Made by a program: the position numbers and the translations under genes
Part shown: piece after piece, positions 52,401 to 64,000 of the stretch
How the letters are laid out: each line of letters begins with the position of its first letter
Numbering within the stretch: the stretch's first letter is position 1
Assembly (NCBI RefSeq): GCF_964204645.1
Contig: NC_134031.1
Coordinates: forward strand, 20,157,910-20,221,909
Direction of reading: 5' to 3'
Length of the DNA: 64,000 nt
Source: Tubulanus polymorphus
Taxonomy: Eukaryota > Animalia > Nemertea
Notes under the pieces: generated by a model
Told to the model about the DNA's origin: nothing
The model's input: the letters and a program-made list of their open reading frames with translations, nothing else
Database searches by the model: none

Positions 52401-55400
52401 TATTTTCAGTGCGCAACAATCGACTGAAGCGACGACTAAACGAAAACTTGGGAATCAGGTGAGTTTAACGAATGCGGTGAGACTCACATCTTTCATTATC
52501 TCACGTTCTTTAGAGCATGCTATTGTCACTACTGCGCCTTCCCGCTTCTCGTGATTCCGACACGGACACCTGCCATTAACACGTATTCAAACTGCCACGG
52601 TACAGAAACCCTACTCTAGTAGACTCAGTGTGTGCCGTATGAGTAATATGTGAGCTTTTGTTAGTTTCTAAGTTACATCCCCGGAAGTCACTATCGCGGT
52701 GTTTGTCTTATGTTTGTCTTGCCAGCAGTATTTGACACCAATCACTGCAGCACTGCTATTTCATTCGCAATTTTTTCCCTTCTCGATTAAGTTCAAACCG
52801 ATCTGCCTCAATCTTGGGTTCAATACAACGCATAGGAATTTTTAGGAAAACCTTTTTGCTGATAGAAATTGTCGGTAAACATTACATTTTAACATTGAGT
52901 TTAATTATTAACAAAAGACTTATTCATCGCATACTCCATATTTTATGGTGGTTTGTACTACCCTGAATTTGAACGGTGCAGAGTGGCCCCCCTGATCACC
53001 AGGCCAGGAATGTTTCACAGACATTATCCAATTCTCTTTATTTTTTGGGATATCGAAGTTTTCGTCACATTAACATCAAACCTTTCGAACATTTTCTGGA
53101 GCAGACAATGCACATTATGACATTTTATGCATCATTATTTCATCATAGGTTTCTAGGTTATACAATGTGTATGTACATTAGTGCTTTTATGTATTTACCT
53201 AAAGATCACATTAGCCATTGATTTGATGGTGTACATGTACACCCCACATTTAACCAGCATTGATTGTAGTACACCGGGGTGGATGGGACAATGATAGGAC
53301 ATATTATTAGAAATAGGATTACAGATTACAGTCTTGTTTCCATATACAGCATCAGCTTTCAAACGGTGAATTGAAATTTCTTTCCTTAATCATCCCCATA
53401 GCAGACCTGACTACGATTACTATTTGTGAGGAGTTTCTACTCTATCTATGAGTTCAACTACCAACAATATTCGTAATCATTTGAATTACTATTTTCGATG
53501 TCAGATTACTCAACTTTTTGGTGAAAACAACAATTAGATTTCAGGTTGTCCGGTCTACCATATTCAGTAAACTGTTAGAGCTCCAAACATCCTATATCAT
53601 TCCAATCACTTGTTTTCTTTTCTTTGCTCATGTTTTTTTTTGTGCTTGAGTCACTCTGTTTTTGTTATCGATGCCTTCAAGTAACAGTAAAAGTGAGTTA
53701 AACGTTGTTAATCGAATTTCCACTACGAGACGGTCTTGAATTGACCGTCGAAGTGAACCGATCTCGCGACCAACGAATAACAATCGATTTATACAAAAAC
53801 TAGAAAATGTTAGGGTACTCTGAAATATTGCGAGATGTGTCAGGATCATCTACGGTATGTTTCATTGCAGATTGCGAACATGGAGGTCGGGTAATCGATT
53901 CTGGAACTATCAACTCATATCTATATCTATATATATCATTCATATCGATGTAGTGCTTACATAGAAACTCAGTTTGTGACCCTGTTTTTATCATCATCAT
54001 TCTCAACTACTCTGATCGACTTTTCATAGCAATCTTTCGCCTGGTCAAGGCAATTTTTACGATGGTCCTTCTCGAACAATCCAACGCAACACGCTCGATC
54101 TCGTAAAACGTTTACTACCGACGACCGACCATTTCGTTCGTATGTTTTGAAGGAGAATGAACGCTAATATCAGACAATCTAAAATTGCTTTGGTCGGCTA
54201 GCACGCTGTTTTCCTTGTGTGTGGTTTTTCGAACAAACGATGTGTATAAACGTACGATATATATGCATGGGTTTTTAACCGATTGAAAAAACAGGAATTT
54301 TCTAGTATAGACTCCGTTGTTTTTTTTTTCTGTTGATTTTTTTCTTCTGTTTTTAGCTGAAGTTTCAGGTACTATTTTGCGATCCGTAGGTTCCGATAGC
54401 AGTCATTCGCACATCACCCGGCGCCGTGTAACAGTATTTCAGCTCTCACATTTTAGCGGCCGTGCATCGCCGTCGAACGTTGTTTGATCCTCGAGGTCAA
54501 GGTCAAATCAAGTGGCAGATGAACGCCATCCTAGCAAAAAACTCTTCATCGTATTTTAATAATGTATTTACAATCTAACAACCAACTCACATCCTGACGT
54601 TTATCACATCCATAAGTTTTGAATTTTTTAACCTAGATGCATTTTTCAACTGTTAAGTGTTGAATCTTCTATAGTCATGCCGTCATCTCACACCAGGTGG
54701 TGCTGAGGTGAAATTTTTGTTAGAAAATTTGTCACTAACGGTTGAAAGACGAATATTTGGTTACGGAATTTAAGATAACTTTGTAAGATTGTGAATTGTA
54801 CAATTGTAAACACATTGTTTAGATACAATATAGAGTTTTGCTAGGATGGCAGCGTTCCATACAAATCAACAAGGCATAATTACAGCCAGAGCCCGTCGAT
54901 CAAACAACTTTCTCGATGCGACGGCCGTCCTCCACCGCTCTATATATTGTATAATTCCCCTTTTAGGTAGCAACTGTATTCATTTTATAGAAAATAATTC
55001 ACTCAAAAGAAGTAGTAATCTGGCAGTTCCGATGTAGAATTAAGAAGTCACTATCGTGTTAGTTTATCCAAACTAGTTCACCGGAGATCAGTTGCTATCT
55101 GAATTTCACATTTTACTCACACGTTAGTCGTATACCCCCGACAGTCAACTCCCGTTTATACGCAGTCCTTTATAATCTCTTTACAATGCTTTTGGCTTCC
55201 GATTTTCCAGCAAATTCAATTTCTGCCATCCTCCACGTAATTCACTGAACAGAAAGATGTTTTCATCCGATTTTCTGGCACTGAAAGATTTAACTGAATC
55301 AGTTATAATGAGTATCGCGATGGCGACAGATAATCAGGGGTTGATTTGGAACCCTTTTAAGTTGATGTTGAAGTATAAGTTTGACAGTCTGTTTTAGAAT

Positions 55401-58400
55401 ATGAACAAGCATTCACTCCTGACTTAAGACCCCCCTGCACACGAGCTGAATAATGCGGTGCAGATATGTAGTAGGCCTAAGTGTAGTTGTATGATGCATA
55501 CACGCTTGCCACAGCTCCCTTTACTGAGTGCCTTTTTTGGCTCATATTTGGAGGCCTACAAACTTAGCACAACGCAAGATGCACTTGTGTGCAGGGGCCC
55601 TTATCAGCATATTACAATGATGTTAAACCGAAAAAGGATATAAGTACAAATTGTGTACTCGTATGTTTTTGTACATGTGCATCAGTATAAAGTATATTGA
55701 TTATTTCGGCGTGCGTTTAATGATACTGCTGTAATGACGGTGTTTATGTACCTTTGTTTTCTATGATGTTGCATAAACCGTGGTTGATTTTCTGTAGATA
55801 TATGATGACGATGAAAAATGATTTGTTACCGCATGTTTATCACTGATAATCCGTCTGCTGTTGTCGTTCTACGGGTTATAATAGATGTCGTCCTTCAACT
55901 ATTCTCAAATATCATGTACATGTATTAATAGTGTTTTCTTCTTTGAATGCTCGATTGAAAATATTGCGAGCATCTTAAATACGGCAGCAAACAGCTCTTC
56001 TAATGATGCTTAAAACCCTTTTAGAATTGACGCAGGGCGGCCGCCTTAACTGGAAACCGGGGAATAGTCTGGGAATTTTCATTTCTTTAAAAAAGTGAGG
56101 CTGAAAATATCAGCGACAAGTCGGGGAAATTTGTTGAGATTGCTAAATCGCACGTATGAGCAAACAGTTTATGTATTACATATTTGAATAGATTCAAAAA
56201 TTCACCCTGTAGCTGTATGTTTTTAGTTGCTATTGACAGGTGCTGCCACCTTTCCATGAGGATATATTCTAAATGATAGATGGCTTCTACGTACTTCCTA
56301 AGTCTCGAAGCAATCTAGATATGTTTGAAGAAGAGCTGGTGTAGATTTTTTACAGTTTTCTTCAAGCAACTCGAATAATATTTCTCGTTTATTCCTGTTT
56401 TGACAGGTCATTCGTAAAGGTTGGCTGACGCTGCATAACATCAGTTTCATGAAGGGTGGAGCGAAAGATTTTTGGTTTGTGTTGACCGCTGAATCATTAT
56501 CTTGGTTCAGAGACGAAGAGGTGAGCGTTACGTTCAGACTGATATTAATCTCGGTATTTCAGATTTAATGAGCAAAACCCACAGTTGATGATTTAACAAT
56601 TTATTTTCTGGCAGTTTCAGTCAGAGAAATGAAAAAAATTATCATTTCTCTGATGCTGAAGTTCAGTCAAAACTTTGAAACTGTCAAAATAAACTGCTCA
56701 TTAGGTCTAGAGTTACTTCTTCGGTTGCATTTCAGTTGTTTCCTATATTTTCGAAATATTTTGGCGCTTTTTTATCTAACAGGAAAAAGAAAAGAAGTAC
56801 ATGTTGAATCTGGATAACTTGAAAATACGCGACATGGAATCTGGATTCATGTCTCGACGTCACATGTTCGCGTTGTTCAACACGGAATCGAGGTTAGTTC
56901 ATCGTCTGCTCGCGAGATTCAAACTTGATATCAGTGAGGTGATGGTAATAACGCATTCAACACCCCCTCCCCCTCCCCCTCCCTCCCTCTCCCCGTGATA
57001 ATACAGTGCTGCCCCATTATGAATATACTCGTAGGGTTGGCACTGGAGCTGTTACATAGTCAGCTTTTCTCGAAATGAGCATTGAGAATGAAGCTAAGTT
57101 AGTTCGCATTGCCAGCCAATCGGGAACTGTGTCGCAAAACAACCCCAAAATCCTCCCACGCAGGGATTTGAATGTGATGGCTTTGCAAGACTCGGGTCAG
57201 CGCGTAATAGTGTTGCAGCAAGGTTAATTCTGAGCTGGAATCTCGAGGCATCAGGTTTGAATTCTTGTAGAGAATGTCATTATTCTAATGACAAAAAAAA
57301 TTCAATTTTTATTCAATCTATTCAATTATTGACTCGTAATATGGTTTTTATTCCTCAGTGGATTAATGTTATATGATATATAATGCAAGTCTATATAATC
57401 CTTAGTCTTGTTTCTCTAGTAATAGAATTGTTCGTTTTGTTCATTAAAGTGAAGGGCATGTGAAAATGCGGTACAGTAAATTAAATTGTCTTGAATACCG
57501 AAAAAAAGTGCATGCATCTTTTTTCGCGTCGATTTTTTTTTGTTGAGATTTTGAAACGATTAGTGTGAAATTCATCGGCATGAAGGTTTTTCGGTAAATC
57601 TAAGCACGTAGTTTTCAGACCCTTTCAATCACGCTCCATAAAGACTAGAAGAGCAACCAGAAAAATCTAGAACAAAGAATTGGACAAATTTTGCACAAAA
57701 ACTTCGGAAAATGCTATTGACCATGTTTCTTTATCAATACATGATTCATGAATGATGAGTGAATTGTAGCATTTTAATCCTAGAAATTTCTCCATTCACC
57801 TGCCGATTCACTCGGGGAATTTTGTACAGACATAGAAAACTCAGAGGGACCACTTAAGCTGACTGGGATTGATATTTGTAGTTTCAGTTTTCCTCACTAG
57901 GTGTCTTAGTCGATCTTTTTCTCTGGTGAGTTTTGATTGTGGGCTAGCAATAAGACCACAAATATCAGAACAGCCAACTTATAGATTCTGCTGTGGACGG
58001 TACTCAAGAGCTAATGATAACCTGAAGATAAACAGTTGAACATTTGATACTAGAACAATTCTAGCTGTTGGGTGGCCCTCTAACTTGAACAGGTGCCAAA
58101 GAAAGGAGGCATTCATTATGCGTGGTTTTAGAACTTATGTTAGCCCGTTGCAATCATAACTAACTGTATTTCCTCTATTCTCATTCCTCACATTAAATAT
58201 CGTCTTCTAAACGCGTTTGTTTTAAATGGTGTATCATCATTTTTTTCCATATTTTTCTTTGTCTTTCAGTGTGGAGGGACGAATTAATAGAGTGTATGGT
58301 TTATTTCAGACTTTTTCTTAACACAAAAAAAAACAATATATTCATATATATATATATATATATTTCTATGTATATGTACGATATGGTTCTTTTCACAAAT

Positions 58401-61400
58401 CGGTTGTTGAAGTTAAGGAAAAGGGGAATAATTTGGGAAAATGAAGAAATTGTTCGTTACGATGACAAATAATTATACTCTCATGATTCGTTATCTCTGA
58501 ATATATCGGCCAAACCGTAGCAAGCAGGTGGCTCCCTCTAACTCATGTCTGGTGCATGTCTCTGGCCCCTATGACAATATCATCGATTAGCTGGTAATTT
58601 GATGACATCGATGGGGGATTCAAGGAGGTAGCCATCCTATGAAAAATTCCCCAATGATATCGCTGATGAGGTGGGCAATTTGATGATGTAATTGGGGGAT
58701 TTGAAACGGCAACCATGTTATCGTGAGTATTGTTTGAATGACGGGACACAGCGCCCTCTGTTTGATTCCCTTACGATTTCACTGATGATGTCATCGGGCC
58801 ATTAATGGTTGAAGAAGCCATCTTTTTTCAACGGTGCTTACCTAGCTTTGGAAAAATGTTTCCTTTCGGACGGATTTTTGAAGGGACCATAAACTGCTAT
58901 GCATGCTTTGGCTGATGAATCAATCTTGCTTCGTATCGCTGGCATACTTTGTCGATCTTGTGGCCTTTTCTTTTTCCATCATCCTCGGGCAGCGATTCAA
59001 ACCTGATGGCTTTGTGAGACCAGTGAACCCCTGCATCAGAGTGGCCACACAAATTCACAGAGACCCAATCAAATAAGCCATTGAATATTTGATAAATGAT
59101 TGTGCAGTTTGATTGGCTAATCATGATGTATCCCATACTGTAGTGGCACAGTCTCAGAATGCTATCAGTTTCAAATCCTTGCGAGTGATGATGTCCTTTT
59201 TTCGCGAGTAACGGATAAATAGTGGCTTTGGCAGACGTAGAGTTTGCGCGTGCGTCGGCTCTATAAAAACAACTAAGCGTTTACTGAAGAGCGTTGTAAT
59301 AGCACTGTGACTGATTAACATAATGAAAATACACACACACTGACAAATTGAAGAAAAACCCATAATATAAGGTAAACTAACCGATGGATTTGATGTTTCA
59401 ACTCAAATGTGAGCAATTTTCAAAACAGATTTATTGCAAAATGGTTTGACAAATGAATACAACTCATTATTGTGTTTGAATTAAAACATCCAATCCTCTA
59501 CTAGTTATACTTTGTATTGTGAGTTTTTCTTCGACTGAATTAGACAGTCGCTTGTCTCTAAAAAATCAACACTGACAAAGTGTATGAATTAACCGAGAAG
59601 GATTTAGTTTGAATAGCATGCTTCGTGTCAGGCACTTGCACCGGGAAGGTTTCTAATGATTCAGGTGATAAATCACGTTTCGAGAATTGAACAACACGCA
59701 TAATGTCTGTCTTATTAACCACGGTTAAAAATACTAGTAAAACAGCATGAGAAAAATAACTTTAATTATCAAAGTACAATTCATAGACTCATAATTCATA
59801 GATTAGACTTTAAAAAAATCATTTTTCGGTCAGCCTCATAATTGTAATGTCGTAGATAGTCTCAATGTTTAGTTGCATTCTCGAACCAACAAGCTAAACA
59901 GTCTTTAGATAGCGGCTTTGTAGTTATTCATTGATTTCTGGTCTTTGTACATGTAATTTGTCTATCAGATTGGTTTTTTTTCTGAAATTAATTGTAAAGT
60001 GATTTGTGAGAATATCGGGTTGGTGAAAGGGAAAGTTCACTTACTGATATTAAAACTGCCTATCTCGGTTTTACCTACCATTTTGTTATGGTGTTTGCCA
60101 CGATGTTAGTGTGTGTTTGAACTGGGATATTTTCTGTTAATTGGAATATTGTGCTAACTGGCCTTGGTGAACCGAGGGAAATTCTGGTAATAAGCCCTGT
60201 TTGTTTCCCAATCTTATTGTCTCTATAAAGGTAGAATTTTCTTAAATGAAATCTTGAATGTTATTGGGTTGTCAGACGATGCTGCAGTGGAGACCCGTTA
60301 TAACCCTTCACGCATAGATGTGTTTTCTTACATCTTATGCCAAATGCACTGAGCAACACATAAACCCAAACTATGAAAAATATAAAATGCTTTTCTGACT
60401 TGTTTCATGACTGTGCGCGTCGCTCGAAACATGAAACGCCATTTTACGAAACCCGTGTTTCGATGAAACAGGCCAGGAAAGCATTTCTGTTTCGTCTAAA
60501 GGATTCGTGTCTCGTTGTATTGTTTTCAATATGATTTCAATTCGAGAGATATTTTTGTAAATGTGAAGTTTTCGATGTGTCTCTATTCAGGAATGTCTAT
60601 AAAAGCGATCGTCAACTCGAGTTATCGGCTGAAACTCAAGACGACATCGACAGCTGGAAGGCATCGTTCCTACGCGCCGGTGTTTACCCGGAGCGTAATA
60701 CCGAAGAAACGGCCGATGTAAGTTCTTTGCTTTGAATGAAAAAAAAAAATACTTCATCTTCTACTTTTTTCATTGTTCCAGAAATTGCGAAATATTTACG
60801 ATAATTGAAATAAGAAATAATAGATTTTACATTGATGTTAATTTTCAAATGATGAACTCAAGAGTCAAATTTGAATGGGGAACTGGGTCCACAAATGGTT
60901 GAGGCTATTTGTAAACAAATGATTTCTGGTCAAACGTTTTGTGAAACCGGGCCATGAAATATCTTTTTTTGATCTTTAGTCCAATGAAGTTAAATCGCAG
61001 TAGGTTTCATTCGGACAGGTAGAAAAATGTAGAACTTGGACCCAACTTTTCTGAATGTTTTACCTGGATGGGTTATTTATTATGTGATATCAGAAGTATC
61101 TACCCCTGCGCCATCTATCCATTTAGTTTGTTATTACATGGTAGCATATATGATACCCTCAGCGATTAAGAATTAAATCTAGGGTTCAATCTAGTATTAA
61201 TCGTGAAGGGGCTTAAGAGTTGATTATTTCTACATTAATCTCCGTTAAGCGTTAATGTTTCCAGGAACCGGTTCACAACGAGTCGATGGACCCGGTACAC
61301 GAGCGACAAGTCGAGATCATTCGCAATCTTGTCGAATCGTACATGAAAATAATCTATAAAATAATCAAGGACACTGTGCCGAAGGTCATCATGTGTATAG

Positions 61401-63386
61401 TGATTCATACTGTAAGTGATGGACAAATTGTCTTAATGGGCGTTAACTGTCGCTACGTAGGATAATCCATCTGCTGTAGGATAATCCATCTGCTGTAGGA
61501 TAATCCATCTGCTGTAGGATAATCCATCTGCTGTAGGATAATCTATCTGCTGTAGGATAATCCATCTGCTGTAGGATAATCCATCTGCTGTAGGATAATC
61601 CATCTGCTGTAGGATAATCCATCTGCTGTAGGATAATCCATCTGCTGTAGGATAATCCATCTGCTGTAGGATAATCCATCTGCTATAGTTTCACGTCAGA
61701 CATGAATACCATAACCATCTACCATTTTCTGTGGGCGATTGAATCCACGGTATCATCAAACGGAAGTCAATCTATTTTGAGACACATTCGGCGATGTATT
61801 TGAATTGTGGAGCATGAAAATCCAGTTCATAATTGATCGAATGCCAACAGAGTCGTCAAAAGTTCAATCCAGAACTCCTCGGTTATCATTAGTTTACCGT
61901 CGTGAAACTGTATATAATGCTTAAATACAATACACCGCGTCAAACTAACTTCAACCTAACCAGTAGAATTATTGAATAAACATTGTTTGCGTATCGTTTA
62001 AAAGCCTAGTAAACTGCTTACTTCACGTCACAAAGGTTTTTTCACTTCGCCCTGAAAAATCAGTTGCATTCATTTGAATTTCGAGACTTCATCAGTCGAT
62101 GACGTCCTGTCATCAGTTAACTTATATTCAGATCGGTCTATGAATTAAAAGCTGGTTCCTGGAATCTGAAGACATGAATACTCTAGAGAAATTGAAAGGC
62201 CGAGATCCAGATGGAAAGAAAAGGCATTTCTTGGTTAAAACAGTCAAAGGGCACTAAATAGTCCCTCCTTTGGATTAACTTTTTGAGGAATCCATACAAA
62301 AATGAGCAATTACCGAGTGAATGAATGTCAAATTATCAGGGTTTTACAATCTTAAGTCTCGACAAAAAGGGCAACTTAACTTAATAGGAAGACATGGGTC
62401 CTGATCCCCGAGAACACCCCGTAAATCCACCCTGCGGCTGACAATATGAGTGATTTTGTGAAACGGATCCCAGTTCCGTAGCGGTGAGTTGAGATTTGAC
62501 TCTTTGAGATTCAACATTTGAAACGATCAGCAACCGGGCGTCTTGATCCGAACAGTTCATCGAAATGTTTTCCAATTGCAACTGTTTTTTATAACCAGGG
62601 CATCGAACACGTTTAAACTAACAAGTCACCCGAACATTGTGTATTATTATATATAGGCTAACTCTGAAGTCGGTTCGATGGATCCTCAACTCGAACGACA
62701 AGTAGAAACCATTCGTAATCTAGTCGATTCTTACATGAAAATCATCTATAAAACAATACGCGACATGATCCCGAAAACGATCATGCATTTGATCGTTAAT
62801 CAGGTACGTATCGTAACGTTGGTGATGTAAAGGGTTAACGCCGCGCTTGAAGTACCCAGCAGTCACCTGCCACCGGTTCAGATCACATCTGCATGGAATA
62901 TTGTGTTCACCTGAACCAAAATTTCCTCACTTCGCTTTCAACAAATATTCACGACGACCATTTATCTATTATTCTCCAATCTGTGCATTCGTACATACTT
63001 TGGTTCAGCTTGAGCCAACACTGTGATGGTTGACTTGTGCTTAAAATTAATTTTACACTAAAGCTCAATACCTGCTTCAACCAGTTGAAACACCATTCGG
63101 CTCCTGATTCAAAGCCTGTGAGATACTTAGCTGATAAGAAGACTCGATTCTTCTAACACTTTAAACAATTAGCTTTACCGTGTTATTAACTTCGTAGCCA
63201 TATTGATTATTTCATTCACCTTGAGTACAAGTGCATCAATAAAAAAATTCTACCATTCTGAATGATTTCGTAATTTGCCACTTTTTCATCGGTAATTATT
63301 TGAATGTCATTATTTTCGAAAAATTTCAGGTCAAAGAATTCTTGAAGACGGAAATGATCGCGCAGCTGTATTCAACTGGAGACCAG
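37420..63386 (+). CDS. DNM: Classical dynamin (GTPase-middle-PH-GED); 3' end including the PRD lies beyond the window
   Basis: Exons 37420-37583, 45843-45916, 46208-46357, 46996-47199, 49543-49641, 49726-49834, 50332-50526, 50954-51089, 51179-51246, 51675-51813, 52106-52263, 52410-52458, 56407-56520, 56783-56892, 60591-60717, (61265-61411 or 62657-62803), 63330-63386; phases consistent. Motifs: [61 protein letters not shown] domain VIRKGWL...[33 protein letters not shown]. Confidence 0.97.
37989..38373. repeat. ~190-bp tandem duplication including a MITE fragment
   Basis: 37989-38176 is nearly identical to 38177-38373. The internal part is related in reverse orientation to the 36617-36734 MITE. 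Confidence 0.9.
39116..39277. mobile_element. Near-perfect palindromic MITE
   Basis: 44-bp IR GTTCTAGTAAGTCTCGTTCRCCCTCAGGGGTCAGTTCCACAGTT with 1 mismatch. The inner part is related, in opposite orientation, to ~51937-52044. Confidence 0.75.
39679..39780. repeat. 23-bp minisatellite, ~4.5 copies
   Basis: CCTAGTCTTYATGATAAAATGTA units. Confidence 0.93.
40273..40286. promoter_or_regulatory. RFX X-box-like site in dynamin intron 1
   Basis: GTTTCCATGGTTAC inside a CpG-rich stretch; a weaker GTTTCTATGGTATC lies at 42252-42265. Confidence 0.4.
40708..41125. repeat. 30-bp minisatellite, ~14 copies
   Basis: CGCGGTGCGATGTATCGAGCTGTGTTATAG units. Confidence 0.97.
48012..48683 (-). CDS. Intronless 223-aa ORF nested antisense in dynamin intron 4 (coiled-coil protein of unknown family)
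   Basis: True ATG in AAAAAAATG context; non-repetitive 672-nt frame, more GC-rich than the flanking intron; heptad region ([40 protein letters not shown]); DAETQT motif; minus-strand AATAAA about 105 nt past the stop. Confidence 0.65.
   Translation of the reverse strand: MNALPQAVIVALQEAGYSSKPTSWSIHTDDGGIRVNLTWGQPFEIQSQSEPQWINTMRRDHQKLLDSIAEGITLLESKTAEASAAVKESASTRTSNASVMCKPVTANSAIQAVRATRDAETQTECRIISVEEAREKEDDLTERLDDLDAELDERDKKVDRQRREIRGLLSKLDRLKMRDNESAYDSDRDIDNGNDYDCDGYYDHQYIKRKYKVDGRLRINNYS
54357..54368 (+). other. Candidate 12-nt dynamin microexon (LKFQ) between the middle and PH domains
   Basis: ~40-nt U-rich tract ending TTTTAG, then CTG AAG TTT CAG, then GTACTA; phase 0 within a phase-0 intron. 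Confidence 0.55.
61265..61411 (+). other. Dynamin GED exon copy A (divergent)
   Basis: TTTCCAG|...|GTAAGT, 147 nt, open: [49 protein letters not shown]. Confidence 0.88.
61457..61687. repeat. 19-bp minisatellite, 12 copies
   Basis: GTAGGATAATCCATCTGCT units, nearly perfect. Confidence 0.97.
62657..62803 (+). other. Dynamin GED exon copy B (canonical-like)
   Basis: TATATAG|...CAG|GTACGT, 147 nt: [49 protein letters not shown]. Confidence 0.93.
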
Positions 63387-63668
63387 GTTAGTTAGTAACA
63401 GACTCCTCGAGAGGCACTGTAATTGTGAAGAGTGAATTGTTTGAACAGAGATATCGCATCATTTGTGTGGACGCCACTTAAACAACCTAAAATTGAGCGT
63501 AGTGATTAAGTTGAAGCTGGTCAACATCGTTTAAATAAGCATTTTGCATTTTTCGTGCAAAGTTTGTTACGGGCTTAACTCCGAAAAGATTAACTATTGG
63601 GCACTGGGTACCTGTATTTTCATCTATAAATGGGTTCAAATTTTACTTTTTCCCTCATTGTCCTGCAG

Positions 63669-63674
63669 AGTTTG
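63669..63674 (+). other. Candidate 6-nt dynamin microexon (SL) within the GED
   Basis: TTTTACTTTTTCCCTCATTGTCCTGCAG|AGT TTG|GTGAGT: strong acceptor and consensus donor 6 nt apart, phase 0, following the exon that ends GDQ. Confidence 0.7.
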
Positions 63675-64000
63675 GTGAGTTTTTAATTCACTTTAGAGAA
63701 TTAAGACCTAGAGTCACAGTTATACCGGGTACAGTCGTGTCTTCAAATCGTTCACTAGTTGCATCATATGCTTAGGTATAGAGAGACATTCATGTAGTCG
63801 ACACAAGATTTTATATGAAATGCATAAGAAACAGATACCGGTATCTAGATATGATTGCGATTGGCAAACGGTGTCCAACGAAACAATTATCGCAATTTTT
63901 CGATTAACTTCAAAATGCATGTATAAGGATAGAGTGTATAAAATATAGAAATAGTAGTAGTAATACAACACCTGAATAGCATGTACATTACTGAATAGTA

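Noticed and set aside
53682-53698. Microexon-like AAG|TAACAGTAAAA|GTGAGT in dynamin intron 12
   Set aside because: 5 or 11 nt, frame-breaking and starting with a stop codon. It could only be a poison exon, and there is no further support.
58270-58321. Strong acceptor in dynamin intron 14 that could start an alternative terminal exon ([17 protein letters not shown])
   Set aside because: No frame-preserving donor, and it would truncate the PH domain. Not supportable without RNA data.

Overview
AT-rich eukaryotic (invertebrate-looking, species not determinable from the sequence) genomic window with spliceosomal introns. Genes reconstructed by hand, with exon phases checked: GMP synthase (minus, 15 coding exons, 678 aa); a divergently transcribed uncharacterised 277-aa gene with a probable GC-AG intron; selenocysteine lyase (minus, 10 exons, 399 aa); WDR46/Utp7 (plus, 13 exons, 577 aa); a single-coding-exon gene with 13 C2H2 fingers; and a classical dynamin (plus, from 37420, running off the right edge). 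Between SCLY and WDR46 lies a ~10-kb repeat-rich island with a decayed multi-exon gene, a ~600-bp tandem duplication, several minisatellites and a ~98%-identical 198-bp inverted repeat pair. The most interesting signals are in dynamin: a duplicated, probably mutually exclusive pair of 147-nt GED exons, two in-frame microexon candidates (12 nt and 6 nt), an IHAIR variant of the IHGIR assembly motif, and an antisense intronless ORF nested in intron 4 between 40-bp direct repeats that carry poly(A) signals. Also notable: the zinc-finger exon is bracketed by old inverted repeats, and one small hairpin element with a CTCF-like core sits upstream of both the WDR46 and dynamin start codons. No rRNA, CRISPR array or intact tRNA was seen. 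No database searches were possible, so novelty is unverified throughout.
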